Positions 23,641-36,640 of a stretch of 64,000 bases of DNA are shown here, piece by piece (the stretch's first letter is position 1; each line of letters opens with the position of its first letter). Source of the stretch: Dicyema japonicum (lineage: Eukaryota > Animalia > Dicyemida); assembly GCA_011109175.1 (NCBI GenBank), contig RDEW01000081.1:31430-95429 (forward strand). Reading direction: 5' to 3'. A program made the translations under genes and the position numbers. The notes below the pieces were generated by a model. That model did no database searches and was not told the origin of the DNA. It was given only the letters and a program-made list of their open reading frames with translations.

Positions 23641-26565
23641 TTATTATTTATTTAAGCACTTCACAAGAGCCATACTAATTATAGCCCGCATGTGCAGCAA
23701 AAGAAACAAGGTTAGATGTCATCCTTTTCCATGCTCCCCTGTTCCTAGCCAAGGCTCTCATGCTGTCCAGGTCGTCGGCATTTGTTAGGTTTTTTTTTAT
23801 ACTGACCAGGTCTTTTTGTAAGACTATTGGCAGTGTTGTTCTTGGTCTTCCCCGATAGCGGCCTTCTTCACTAACATAGTATGTTTCCATAGATATGTTC
23901 GGTGGGGAAGTTAATTCCATCCTCAGCACGTGTCCGAAGAGCCTCCATCGGGATTCCAGTACTTCTAAGCTGATAGGTCTAGTGCTGCATCTCTTATATA
24001 AAGCATTCCTAGATATTCTCGTAGGCCAAGTAGTTCCTGTTATTTTTCTCAGCTGACCTCTGTGGAACGAGTCTAGTTTTTCATATCCGCTGATGAGGTC
24101 GCCCAAGTTCCAGCGTTATATAAAAGTACGGGTTTTATGAATGAGTCGTATAGTAGGATTCTCATTTTCGTGTCGATGCCTTTTTGATTGAGCCATAAAT
24201 TCTTCAGTTTATATAACGCAGCATTGGCTAGAGTTTTCCTACGTAAAATATCTTCGCTATCTCCCATAAGTGAACCGAGTTTCTTTACTTGTCGCCACTT
24301 CTCTTCTAGGACGTTACTCATCCTTCTTATCTCTGTGAGTTCTGTTTTTCTCTGTTCACAGTAAGAAACCATTTCCCTAGTACATCTGGTGCTTTTTCTA
24401 ATAGGTTTTCCAGGACCTCTTTGTCTTCAGAAATTAGGTCTACATCGTCCGCGTAGATTACTTCTTCCGTCTTTCCTTGGTATGACGGTCTAAGTTCCCT
24501 CATAGCGGCTTCCAAATAAATTGTGAATAGTAGAGGAGAAAGAGAGTCTCCTTGTGGAGTGCCCGTATTTGTTTCAAATTTTCTTGAATAGGTTTTTCCG
24601 ACTCTCACAAGGAGCTCAGTGTTAGAAAGTAGAATTCGGATCATCCTTAGACTCGATTCATCAAGAAATCCGCCAGTACCCCCATTAATTTGTTCCTGTT
24701 AACCGTATCAAAAGCTCTTGATAGGTCAATTCCCAAAATATTGGTGGCGTTACGGTATCTTTGATATGTTGCACACCTCCATCTGTGACTCCAGACCGCA
24801 TCAGCTGTGGATCTCCCTTCTCGAAAACCACTTTGACTATCTGGTAGGTATTTGTAAGCAGGTCCTTTTATTCGTTCAAGCACAATGTTTGCCAAGACTT
24901 TGCGTAATGAATTTAGTAGTATGATGGGTCGCAAATTTTCGAGCGGTCCTCTGTTTTTGTTAGTTTTTTGTATGGGGATTAGTAGTCCCGTACCCAGAGG
25001 TAGAGTTGAGTTAGTTGAAAACATTTCATTTAGTAGTGTAGCGATTTTTTCAAAAAGGAGGTCAGGGCCGTATTTCAGTAGTTCTGGGTTTATCGCATCT
25101 GGTCCGGGGCTTCTGTTATTCTTGAGTTTTCGGCAGGCCGTTTTGATTTCCTCGGCCGTGATTGGTATCTTAAGGGGTCTTGGCCTTCCATCAAATGGGT
25201 GGATTTCTATGGTTTTGATGTTGAAAAGCTTCTCAAAGTGAGCCGCGATGGCTTCAGTTTGTTCTTTGGTGTTCAGTATCAGCTTACCGTTCTCGTCTTT
25301 TATGGTTAGTCGACTTCGGTTTGTTCGCCGCAGCAAACGGGCAGCGACGTACACCTGTGCGTTGTCTTTCACTTTGTTTACTTCTTCTATACAGGAGGCT
25401 ATTTCTTCTATGAAAAGCTTCTTGTTCAGACCCTTTATTTTTCTTCTGACACGTTGTCTTTCGCCTTGAAGGGCTTTTATCGCATTAGTGTCAGTGGCAT
25501 TTGATTTTCTCATATTTATTTCTTTTAGACTTTTCGCAAGCTCAGGAACATCTGGATGAATAGCCTTCAGGTGCATTTTACTATTCTCCCTTTTGCCAAG
25601 ACATGCTTCAGCAGCTTCGTTGATGGTGTCCTTTGTGCGTTTCCAGGCGTCTTCTAGCGTGGTATCCACCAATACGTCCTGCAAATTAGTCTGAATGTAT
25701 TGTTGATATCTCTCAGTAGTCTCCGGTTGAGAAATCAGCCTTTCAGTCGCGTAGTCGCCTCTGATTTTTCAAATTCGTGATTTTTTGCATTCTGTATTTA
25801 ATGGCATGTTTTTTCAGGGTGAAGGTCGCAATAACCATCTTGTGGTCGCTGACAGTCGTCGAGCCTTCATATGAACGTGCGTTTACTAGAAGGTGTTTGT
25901 CTTTAGCCCGGCATATGACATAATCGATTTGGTTGTATATTGGGACCAGCTTTCCTTCTGAGTTCCTTCGCTTCCCCATCCACGTAGTTTTGTGGCAGGC
26001 AGGATGCGTAAATGCAGTATTGCATAGGAAAAGGTTGTTTGCCATACAAAAGTGACCAAGTATTGTCCCGGGTAAATTTCTTATTCCACGTCCATGTTCT
26101 CCCAAGAAAACATCATCCGGGTTATTCTTCATCCCGACTTTTGCATTCAAATCCCAGCAATGAGTATTAGTGATGACGACTCATATTCGTTGTACGTCCG
26201 TAACAGTGTTGAATAGAAGTCGTCTAGTTCTGTCGGATCTTTCGCTACTCTCCCGCAGTGTGGCGCATAAACATTTACAATTGTCAGAAAGCTCTTCGAA
26301 GGAGGTAAGTCGTTTAGCCGGATTTGTATAACACAGATCCTGTCATTCACACTCCATATACGGTGGACTGCACTTGTCAGCTTTGAGTGGATGGCAAATC
26401 CAAGTCCATAATGTCTTGAGTCGCTCGGCTGACATATAATTCGATATTCGCCAAAGTTTTCATCAAGGCTACAAGTGACTTTCGTCTCTTGTAGACACCC
26501 AATAGAACGTCGTATCTCTCCAGGTCATCACAGAGAATCTTCCTCGACCAGGTCGTAGATAAGCC
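23641..26565 (-). mobile_element. RTE-clade non-LTR retrotransposon, nearly complete single ORF (frameshifted, 5' end cut at the duplication junction)
   Basis: APE (IGCLQETK, VYAPH, DFNAKVG-like, NQIDY, SDHKMV). RT (NLRPIILL, QSGFREGRST, IDLSRAFD, GTPQGDSLSPLLF, YADD). RTE C-terminus (SRWRLFGHVLR...GRPRTT). (TAA)n-like tail. Confidence 0.92.
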
Positions 26566-27660
26566 TATCCAGAGAATAGGTAATTACCTATCCAGAGAAT
26601 AGGTAATAAGTTTTTGTAAAGCTACCAACTCTTCCTTCGGAATCAGCTTCATTGGGTTGATTCTTTGGATACGGTCTAGTGCTTCTTAAAGATATCTGGG
26701 GCATTTTCTGTAGAATATGACCCACCTTCTGGCTTGTTCAAAAAGATTTTCATTTTTTCCCTCTTCTGGGCAGTTATTCTTTTTGTAAATCTTCCAGTAC
26801 GAAGAGTCTTTGGTCTTTAGTTTGCTTGCCTCGACCTTCTAATATCGTTCTAGAGCCAGTCTTGTTCCCTCTTCAATGGCTTTTTGATTATCTTTAGTTG
26901 ATCAGTCAATGTAATCCGGTCGATCCAGTCAACACATCTTCTGGTTTGGTCTTAGTCGGTTTCTCTCTTCGGAATAAGGTCCGTCCTTCCAGTTTTTGAG
27001 GTTCCTAGATATGTATCTTCTGTAGTGATTTCAATTTATCGTTGAAATGTCATATCCTTGTGAACACTCACTCAGTAGTGTCCGGAGCCAGGTTCAGTGT
27101 CATCACTTGCGGAATGTGGTCGCTTCCGATGTCCCACATGGTCTTCTGCCTCTCCACATAAGTGTAGAGCGGTGTGAGACAAGGAACACGCCAAGCATAA
27201 CTCCACCATGGTGAGAGAAGTGATTTGGCTCCTCCGACGTCATGATTTCAAAGCCAGTTTTATCACCCAAGCCAGTTTTATCGGAAATCTATTCGGAAGA
27301 AAGCTCATCTGTGGCTTATCTTCATACATCCGTACTGGTCATAAAGGTATAGAATGTCGCGATCCTTATCGCACTGGTAGAGGAATCGACTGTGATCAAT
27401 AGAGACGAGTTGTCTGTGGAATTAGCCTTCATGGGTTCGTTTGCTTGTTTGGCCAATTCTGTTGAGTCGAGTTTCATAGGTTCACCTCAAATCTCAAATA
27501 GCTCATTCTCGGACTGAATCGACTCTGTAGTTCCTTTTAACAAAAATTTAAAAATCGTATCTCAACCTTAACAAAATTCATCTTGAAAGATTCCAATACA
27601 AACCAGGGATCACTAGCAAGCTTTTCTGATAAGGATTTTGGCTTATTTCCTAAGCAAATT

Positions 27661-28796
27661 CAAGATGTATACTGGGATCTTGATTTGCGGACTGAGAGGT
27701 ATTCCTTCCGAACGTCAGGGTAACAAGGATCTCCAATTTCAAATGTTTTCCGATTTATTTCTTTTTGACTTGGCAATTCAATGCGACAAAAAAGACTTGA
27801 TTCTGTTTTTATACTCCAAAAATCGATGCTTACAGACAGCCACCTGAAGATCTGAAAAATCGTTTAATCAGTTGATTGGATATAAAATTTCGACTCACTT
27901 TCGACTCCCCTATGACCTTCAGGCAATACGGGACCGTGTTACTCTCTCGCCAAAGAAAAATCAATTCTTTAAAGCCCACCTTGGACACTACAGAAGGTCT
28001 TTTTTTGACGTTAGATCCCTGAGGGAGCTAGGATCCACCTTAAAATTCGAGAAATGGTATTTTTCCTCGAAGAAGATAGAATAAAATCTTTATTGAAAAA
28101 ATCAAGAGTAGCGGCCAGTGAGTAGAGGTAGGTAAGAAGTTATGCACTGAGCTAGACAAGGAAGAAGATAAACCGCTTAAACTGATTAATGCGTGGTGGA
28201 GGAGAGGATCAATGATTTCATTGTGAGACACTTCTATCACTACTTTGCCTCATGGTGGATGAAATCCCTTGTTTTCCTTCATGTGAACATGGACGAGGTG
28301 AAAGACTCACATGTCATATACTCGAAGTTGAGAATAAGAGAGTTTAGGATTCTCTAATGTCCGGGTTCCAATCTCGGCAAGCTTAAGGGGTATGTAGGAT
28401 GATATTTAATATGATCCTATGTTTACAACAATTTGAGAAGTTATTTATGATGCCTTGACTCTCTTCCTAAGATTACTTGGCCATTCTGTTCTTTTTCCTT
28501 TTAGAATCATTTTAACCACGTGGTGTCATATGGCTAATCGATGTAAGATTTATCTTCCTTTTAGCGGCGTCACTGCATCCACCTTACAAAGGAGTATCAT
28601 GGTAATGAAAGGCATGCATAGTAAAAAAACTCGAGAAACTAGCATAGTAAAGGATAGAGTAAACACTCACAGAGCAGTCGAATATCACGGAATTGTTAAT
28701 TTAGGGAAGGAATATTTGAAATTTTATAGAATTTTGAGTGCTGGAGGACTGCGGTAGCTGCGATAAATGAACCGTAATCAAAAAGAAGATAAAAGT
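27661..28796 (-). other. Segment present only in copy 2, with a possible LTR-retrotransposon integrase C-terminal remnant
   Basis: TFEIGDPCYP..RK reads on across 27660 into KLASDPWFVLE, resembling F-x-VGD-x-V...KL-x-P...GPF-x-V. The continuity suggests a deletion in copy 1 rather than an insertion in copy 2. Confidence 0.35.
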
Positions 28797-31700
28797 AGAA
28801 AAAAGCACGTAATGAGGTTAGTTTTGAGTCGACTTATAGGGTTTCCCGACCATTAACACCACTTTCCAGATCAATAGCGTAGCTTTCCGAACCATTACCG
28901 TCATTTTTCCCATTAATAGTGTAACTTTCAAGTCAATAAGGGTAAAACTCATTTAAGGTCGGATTTTCAGTATCCTAAAGACCAAGAAGAGCTATTTCAG
29001 GATCTTCTACTTATATTACTGTAATTTAAATAAAAGTTTGTTTTTACTTAAAAAAATTTTTTACACTTAAAAAATTTAGTCAGGAAACCCAATATCTGCT
29101 GAAGTTATGCTATACACTAGAAAGTGGCAAATAGAATATTTAAACAAATTAGGCTACAGGAATCGTAAAACTTAAATTAATCAAGAATTAGTTTGATTGT
29201 TAACTACAATAATCGTAAAACTTAAATTAATCAAGAATTTATTTGATTGTTGATTAACCAGCCTAAAAAAGAAAAATTACAAAAGTCAATTATAAAGATA
29301 GAGCATTAAATGAATAAATCAATTAGTCGGAAACTTTTGATCGATTCACTACCATCTTCCTATTCATTCTTTTATAATAAGGAGTATTCAGATCGACCCT
29401 CAGAAAATTAAATTTGAAATCATCTTTAGTAAAATTAAAGGCATAAATTTTTACTAATGTTCGGGTTGCTCCGATACTTCAATAGTATTTTCCCTTAAAC
29501 GGACTAACACATACAAAAAATAAAAGGATGAGTGAGGGGTTTGATTGTATAAAAACACAGCTTTTCGAATATGCTTTATCGGAAACTATCATTTTTGATA
29601 AACTTTCTGTGATCGTCTGATTGAAACAATCTTCTGACTTGTTGAGTCTTCCATGGAATTGAATAATTCTGAAATCTTCACACAATTTCTGATATGACCG
29701 TTCTTATTTTCTATTCCGTTGTCGCATTAGAGACTTTGACATAGGACATCTATTTTCACGGAAAAACGAATTTTTTTAATTTTTGTCTAAAACATGGTGA
29801 CGTTGTATTGAGCAAAAATAGGAAACCTTTACATCGGTCGTTTCTTAGATTTCCCAGAAAATCATTCGTGAAGTTAATTGTCCTCGTACAAGCCGTTACT
29901 ACCCTATCACATGGATTGAAAAGATTAAGGTGTCGAAGGTAACTCGAAGATCTTTTGGGTTTTTTACGGGGAAGTTTTCTCATCTAGCTTGACGTCAATT
30001 AATAATTTCTCTTGTCTTCTGTATGACGTAAAAAGGATCAAACTGACTTCTCTGGGCTAGCTCTCAATTGATTTCAATAAAGCCACAAACTCAGATTGTT
30101 CAGACTGTCCTGTGATCTTCGCGTCAATAATACTCACATCCAACGACTATATAACCCGCGTAAGATAGTAATATGCCGTTGTAATCTTGTGGAATTGGTA
30201 GATCATTCCCAATAAGATTGAATAAGAGGGGAGGTTGTGGGGAACCTTTAGTAAAGCAATTTAGTGAAAGTCTCAATGCAGACATCGATTACCCTGGTGT
30301 ACTCAGGAAATTCACCAACTATAACTTCAGGAAAAAATTGTGGGATGATCTCACACCAATCAAAGTAAATACCTTCTGGATTTGAATTGACAATCGACTT
30401 TTATTCCAATTCTCTTGTTTAGACCGAATCTTATAAATTCCTTTAATGTATTTAGGTCCATCGCTTATCTTTGAAACAATGCTAAAACCTGGCATCTGGG
30501 AAACAAGTGCAGATGAGTGCCTTTAGGATTCTTGACTGGACAAACTCTAACACAATGCTTCATGAATTTGTTCAGATCCATCTGGTAATCAAGGTCTCCC
30601 AGTATTCTTACTGTCAGCGTTTATAATGTTCCGTAATTTCTTTCACATCTTGTAAAGTTATCTAGTTCATGGCAATGGATATGCGACTCAGTTTCTTTCC
30701 TTGTAAACGTTTTTCACTTTCGGAGATCTAGTATTAATGTTAATTTGTATCTACTATAGGGACTACCATATATTGGTTTTGGAATCTACATGTGCAGTAA
30801 CTAAGTACTGGTCTTTATTCACGAATTGAAATCCTCTATAGCTACTACCACATCATTATTTTTAAGTTTCGTCTTCAGAATTGATCCTTAATGTATCACT
30901 TAAAGTTAAGTTATTATTATACAATCTTTGAACAGTTTACGGATAACTAACTTCATAACTATTCAAATAAATGTGTTTTATTTTCTTTTAAAATTTGTAA
31001 TGATAATTAAAAAATCACTATTATTTTTCATAATGCTTCATTTAAAAAAATAAAGTTATTAAAATGTCGCGTAGTCAATTGGTCACATGTTTACCAGCGG
31101 TCTGTTTTATATTCCTAAAAGATCCAGTTTTACTACGCAGTCATTTTTTCTTATTTTACAATTTTGTTAATAATTTACCTTTTAAATGCAAAAATTTAAT
31201 TTTTTTAGTTTTCGTCTTCAGAATTGATCCTCAATGTATCACTTTAAGTCAAAGCCGAGGATCCGAAAAGAAGGAAGTATAGAAGCATCTCTGAATAATT
31301 AATGTGAACATTGATCTATAGATCTAGAAAAATGTTATAAGATAAAAGAATATTCGAAATTTTATTTATAAAATAAATTAAAAATTAGATGAGATAAATA
31401 AATATTAGAAATTTCATTACAGTGGCTTTGATGGAGGTTCGTTCCTTTATTGAGCCATAAAACTTCTGTAGAGTTTTGGTATATGTGGGTTGGAAGTCAC
31501 CAGTTTCAAAATTAGTTCCACGTGTGGTGTATCTGGATGATCAGATCTTAGCACTTCTTAAAAAAATAGTCAAATGTCGGGAATTTTATTTAATATTCCA
31601 GGAAATACCGGAAAGATGTTAAGAGTTAATTGACGGCTAATTAAGGTAAATCCACTTCTCACGATCCTTTTTAATCATCAAGCCTATCCATATCCGTAGT

Positions 31701-32086
31701 TATGGGTACCCCTAAAATCGAAAGGTGAAGAGAGTGATTTTTTGGTGTTTTTTAGACTAATGGATCACGTGACGGCTCTTAGGATTCAAAGTAGGCACAT
31801 AGCAGTGAGTGGTCCTAAATCGTACCCACAGCTAACTCTAGATTGTATTACATGATCTATATTAACAGATGGAAATAAGGTCGCGAATTGTTTAGAAAAG
31901 GGAGAATTTCTGGAGTGTTGAAACAGAGAAAGGGGATGAAGGCAACTCCGAGTATTATTGGTGTTTGATCACATAAAAAACTGATTGAGTTGGGGTAAGA
32001 TAAGAATTTTTTTCAAATTTTAAGGTTAAAAATGTTTGCCCAAATCATTCATATAACAAACCAACAGAATCACAAATCAAAGAAAA

Positions 32087-34442
32087 TTAAACTAAGTCCC
32101 TTCGTTGTTCCTCAGTCACTGCTTCTTTTTTCTCACTAGCCTTGACATTGCTCTCCACTTGACAGTACAGCTTTTCCATCCTATTCCTCAGTCCATTAAA
32201 ATCAATCCTCATTCTCTGGATGTCATACCTATCATTTTCACTGGTAAACTAAAAGTGACACAACCCATACTCCGGTGAAATTCTCGGATTCCACAATTTT
32301 GTCCTCAAATTCGTTTATTTTACTAACGAACTCCTTCACAGCCACCGATTGCTCATCAAAGTTCTTCATTTCCAAAATTAGTTTTGCACACTTTGAACTC
32401 TCTTCCAACCACGAGTCAATTTTACTGCACAAATCGTTGAAACTCTCAGCAGCGACACAATTCTACAATAATAATAAGTTAAATAACCTTCTCCTGTTCA
32501 CTCAATTCCCGCAAAAGCTTAGCCCTTCTATCATGATAAGCCTCAATCATCATTTCTTTAGTCTCCTCTAACTGTTGAAGACTCGAACATGTGTAAACAT
32601 TCTCTTCCACGCAAGGAAGTTCATTCTTTTTACAGATGCATTGAATCCGCTTGACAATACCCCTGATATTCTTAAGTTTTATATCTGCTTTCTCCACATT
32701 CTTTTCAAACGAGTCCAGATAGTCCAACCACTTATTAATAATATTGACTGATGACACCAACAAGTCATCCCGCATGTCTTCGATCCAAAAGTCCATCCAT
32801 TTCTTTAAAATCTCCAAATATATATTCATCATACAGTCACATCCACGGCATAGTCAAACAACAGTGTATCAATTTGCTCCAAAACTAGCATTCGATGTTT
32901 AATCTGCTTATACAATTTGGTGTTAAAATCCACAAACTCACTAAAAATGTTCTTAATCTCTTCAAGACGATGATCAACGAGACATATCAAAGAATATCCA
33001 TTATCACGCAAGTCTTTAGCAAAATCATCAAAACTCCTAATTATTTGGTCATCCATTGCGTTCATAACAATCCTAATTTCGTTAATCGTAGCCTTGATCA
33101 CTCAATATGAGTACCTTCAAGTTAGACAATCCACGTGAGTTTATTTTTATCTTCATATTCGCCATCCACGCTTCATAACTGTCACATTTGCGATGGAAAT
33201 TCATAGCCAGACTTTCAATCAACTTAAGTCTACAACTTATCAAACACGTGACCTGGTACTTTCGGAATTTAACCATTCCTTGTAACTTTGAGACAAATCC
33301 ACCAAACTAGACCAGTCCTCGATAATATTATTTAGTTGTTCCTCTTCAAACTCACTCCTAGCTCTCAAAATGTTGGAGATGTTCTCCAATTCAACTTTCT
33401 GAGAATACTTTGATGGCATCTCTTGCATGGAAAACCATCGGTATTTCTCTAGCTCTTCCCTCACCTCATCAGAACTCCCAAATTCTGGTCGATTGGACAG
33501 CCAGTCTTTCTTGACATTGATCCACGAGATCATCTCGGGATATCCTCAAGCAGTGGCAAGGAAATCTCACTCTCGCTTACTCCTCGTAGCAAAGAGTATG
33601 CATTCTGTTCTGTCTTGATTGTCTACCAGTAACACAACTCTACACTAATTCATCATGTATAAATTTTTGATAAAGCGAAGAGACATATGTCATAACAGAA
33701 CGCTCATCTGCACGCCCAGCCATATCTAAGATGATAAACCTAGTTACCCTCGGGGTCAAGCATACAGGGTATATCGAGATGCTCCTCTGCTACTTGGAAT
33801 GCTCGCTTTAGATTCTCTTCCGATGTTTCAGGCTTGGGTAAATACGATTAATGCCTGAAATCCGTCAAATTCTATTAGATCTGGTCTGTGTCTATGGATT
33901 ATTGCCGCAAAGGCTAGTCCGTCCTTAAAACTAGTATGGAAGTTATTGACGTTCACTCCTTCATACCCATCAGTCTTTCGTTGACACCACAAAAGCAGCC
34001 CTTCCATGGCAAATTTATCTGTTGATTTAAAAATCCAGCCCTACTTTCCATCGTGATGTCCTGTATTGCGAACCGTAAAATTATAGCCCAGATCACCATC
34101 AGTATAACTTTGACATTTCCGTCGAGTATGTCTGAAAAAAATCAGTACATGAGAAGAGTTTCACTCCCTTGTTGATCATGAATTTAAGAGCCTGATTGAG
34201 GTTCATTATTTGATGAAGCCTGAGGATTTTGGTTTCAACCAGAGGAATTTTCTCGTTGGAAATTACTTCAAGCAGACGAATTAGTAAAATTCCATTGGAG
34301 AAATCAGTGTCAAAGTTAACTATTTGGCAGTTGATTTTCCGGAGGTGGGAATTACACCAAGCTGTAAACACCTTCATTTATAATTTAATTTTACTTTTTT
34401 TTGATGTTTCTCGCTTGAATGATAGAGAATATGATCGCACAT
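32087..34442 (-). pseudogene. ACTN: Alpha-actinin, disabled copy 2
   Basis: Same exon/intron structure as copy 1, with first exon MCDHILYHSSEKHQKK intact. Lesions: 20-nt deletion removing the second intron donor (~34150) and a 1-nt deletion at ~33538 (GGG versus GGGG). Confidence 0.9.
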
Positions 34443-34648
34443 CTTCACAAACTTAAGTTAGTTACGTAAAATTTTATTAAAAATGTTGGTTAGCCAATTT
34501 ATAAATATTTTTTACTTAAAATTTAGAACTTCTTTTTTATCTAAAAATTTATGCTTTTCTACCTATAAATGATTTTAAATTTATTGGCCACGTGGTGCAA
34601 CAGTGGGCCCAAAAAGTCATGGCACCACTTAATAAATTTTAATATTTT

Positions 34649-35891
34649 TTTTTTTTTTTTTTTGAGGAAAGTTTTATTTTATAAGGAAAAAGGAATAGTT
34701 AATTTTAATTCAGCTGTTGGGAGATGCACAAGCTATTCCCACGGACAACAGCCAACGAGAGCCTCTCCTTGAGCCATCTCGTCTCACGAAGATCACCAGT
34801 TTTGTCAGTTAGTAGTTTTCCCAAATGGTTCAGGAACTTCAGCGTTTTAGGGCCAAAGTTCCCCGAAGTTTCAATCGCGACAGGTGCGAAAATGTACCTG
34901 TCGCTGATATCCGAATATTAGCATTTTTACTTCCTCTGCTTGAGAAGAAGGTCTGCCCGGTGAATTATTTTTTTTGCTTGGGGCGAAAGAGCAGACACAG
35001 GTCACATCCCATACAAGGTTTCGCCCTCGCTCAAAGGAAAGGAGGTCATGCCGTCAGGGCGTCTTCCGTTGTCAAATAGACCAGTCGGTTCGATCCGGCA
35101 ACGGAATCCAGCCGATTCTAATGCCCTCTTAATGATGCCGTTCATTGCCGAATGTCGAGAAGATCTGCCAATTCCGCTCCGGCATGAGAGGAGGTGGAGA
35201 CCCAGTTCGTCCGATAGACAGCCACATTTGCACTTCGATTTGGTGCAAACAGGCAATCCGAGGTGTAGACATACAGCTGTACGAAGTGAGTCATCATCCA
35301 ACAATCCACCAACTTCTTGACATGGGTAAACCCCAAGCCAAGATCCATCAACCGCCTCCCTCGAATTTTGGAAACAGTCCAGGCGATGTCCAGAGAGCCG
35401 GCTGACTAGGTTGGATGCCAGAGCATTCCATCTATGGATCATCCAAGACGATTGTTGGTCTGGATTACGCGGCTCGCTAAGCCCTTCACTTCCGCCACAC
35501 GTCCATGTATTCAACCAAGTCATTGGACAGTTTCCGAGATGGAAGCTTTGAAAGAATTGAGTCCACTTGGTTTTTGCATGAAAGTTTTGAGGCAAAATAC
35601 GCCGGGCCAGCAATTTGGCAGGGAGTAGTAAGACCGATTCCACCCAATGATATCGGTAATTGAGTCTGTATCCATCCAGGGGTATCAAGAGAAACGTTAA
35701 GTACGAATTCAGTACATCTTTTGAGGCAATCAGAGTATTCCATTAAAAGGGAATCACACTTATAACATGGTGCAGTCCTCAGTAATAGTTTAATCTTGGA
35801 ATGGACAAGCAGTTTCTCAATAGGAAGAGGGCAATATGGTTGTCAACATGCCGCAAACGGGTCTCAAAAGTACGAGCTCTATTGTCCTTTC
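34649..35891 (-). mobile_element. 5'-truncated CRE-like non-LTR retrotransposon (restriction-like endonuclease), poly(A) tail, ~100-bp TSD
   Basis: HIALFLLRNC, QLPISLGGIGL, CCHC finger (CKCGC...HLLSC...RH), RPDG...WDVTCV...K-x-x-KY, FAPVAIETSG, RLSLAVVRGN. AATAAA then poly(A) (T19 on plus, 34645-34663). Flanking duplication at 34549-34648 and 35892-35992. Confidence 0.92.
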
Positions 35892-35944
35892 TTATGCTTT
35901 TTCTACCTATAAATGATTTTCAATTTATTGGCCATGTGGTGCAA

Positions 35945-36640
35945 CAGTGGGCCCAAAAAGTCATGGCACCACTTAATAAATTTTAATATTTTACTTTTAA
36001 TTACTTTTTTTACAAAATTAAAAAGTATTAAGATATTGAAAATAATTTTAAATTTTTAAATTTTAATATTTGGTTAAGAAAAAACAATTTTTTTATATTT
36101 TTAGTGTTATTTAATGGTCAAAAAGTGTTGGCACGGTGTTTCATTAATTTTTTGTTGCATGACCTATTGCAACAATTACTGCCTCTAATCTTCTTTTGTA
36201 TGTTTCTATTAATTTACTCACGGCAGAATACTATTAACTACATTATATTTTTTGGTCTTCGGATTCCTATCTATATTTTCAACGTTTTCCATAAATTTTC
36301 AATTGGGTTTAAGTCGGCCATTTCAGAACATTTAGTTGTAATTTTAGTTTTATGTTTCGGATCGTTATTATGTTGAAAACGTCCAATTATTTTTTAACTT
36401 TAATATATTGGTGGATGAAATTTAACAATTTTTCAAAATTTCGACGTACTTTTTGGTATTCAATATTTCATCTATGAAAAATAGTTTACCCACTCCTTGA
36501 GATGAAAAACACGCCCATAACATTATGCTGCCTCCTCCGTGCTTAACTGTAGGTATGGTACATTTTTTGTCATATTCTTGATTTTTTTCCTCCAAATATA
36601 TCAAAAAGTTCAACTTTGGTTTCATCTGATCATAATATAT
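35945..36640 (-). mobile_element. Tc1-family remnant, duplicate of 10720-11420
   Basis: TVKHGGGSIMLWACFSSQGVG; same CAGTGGG terminus. Confidence 0.85.
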
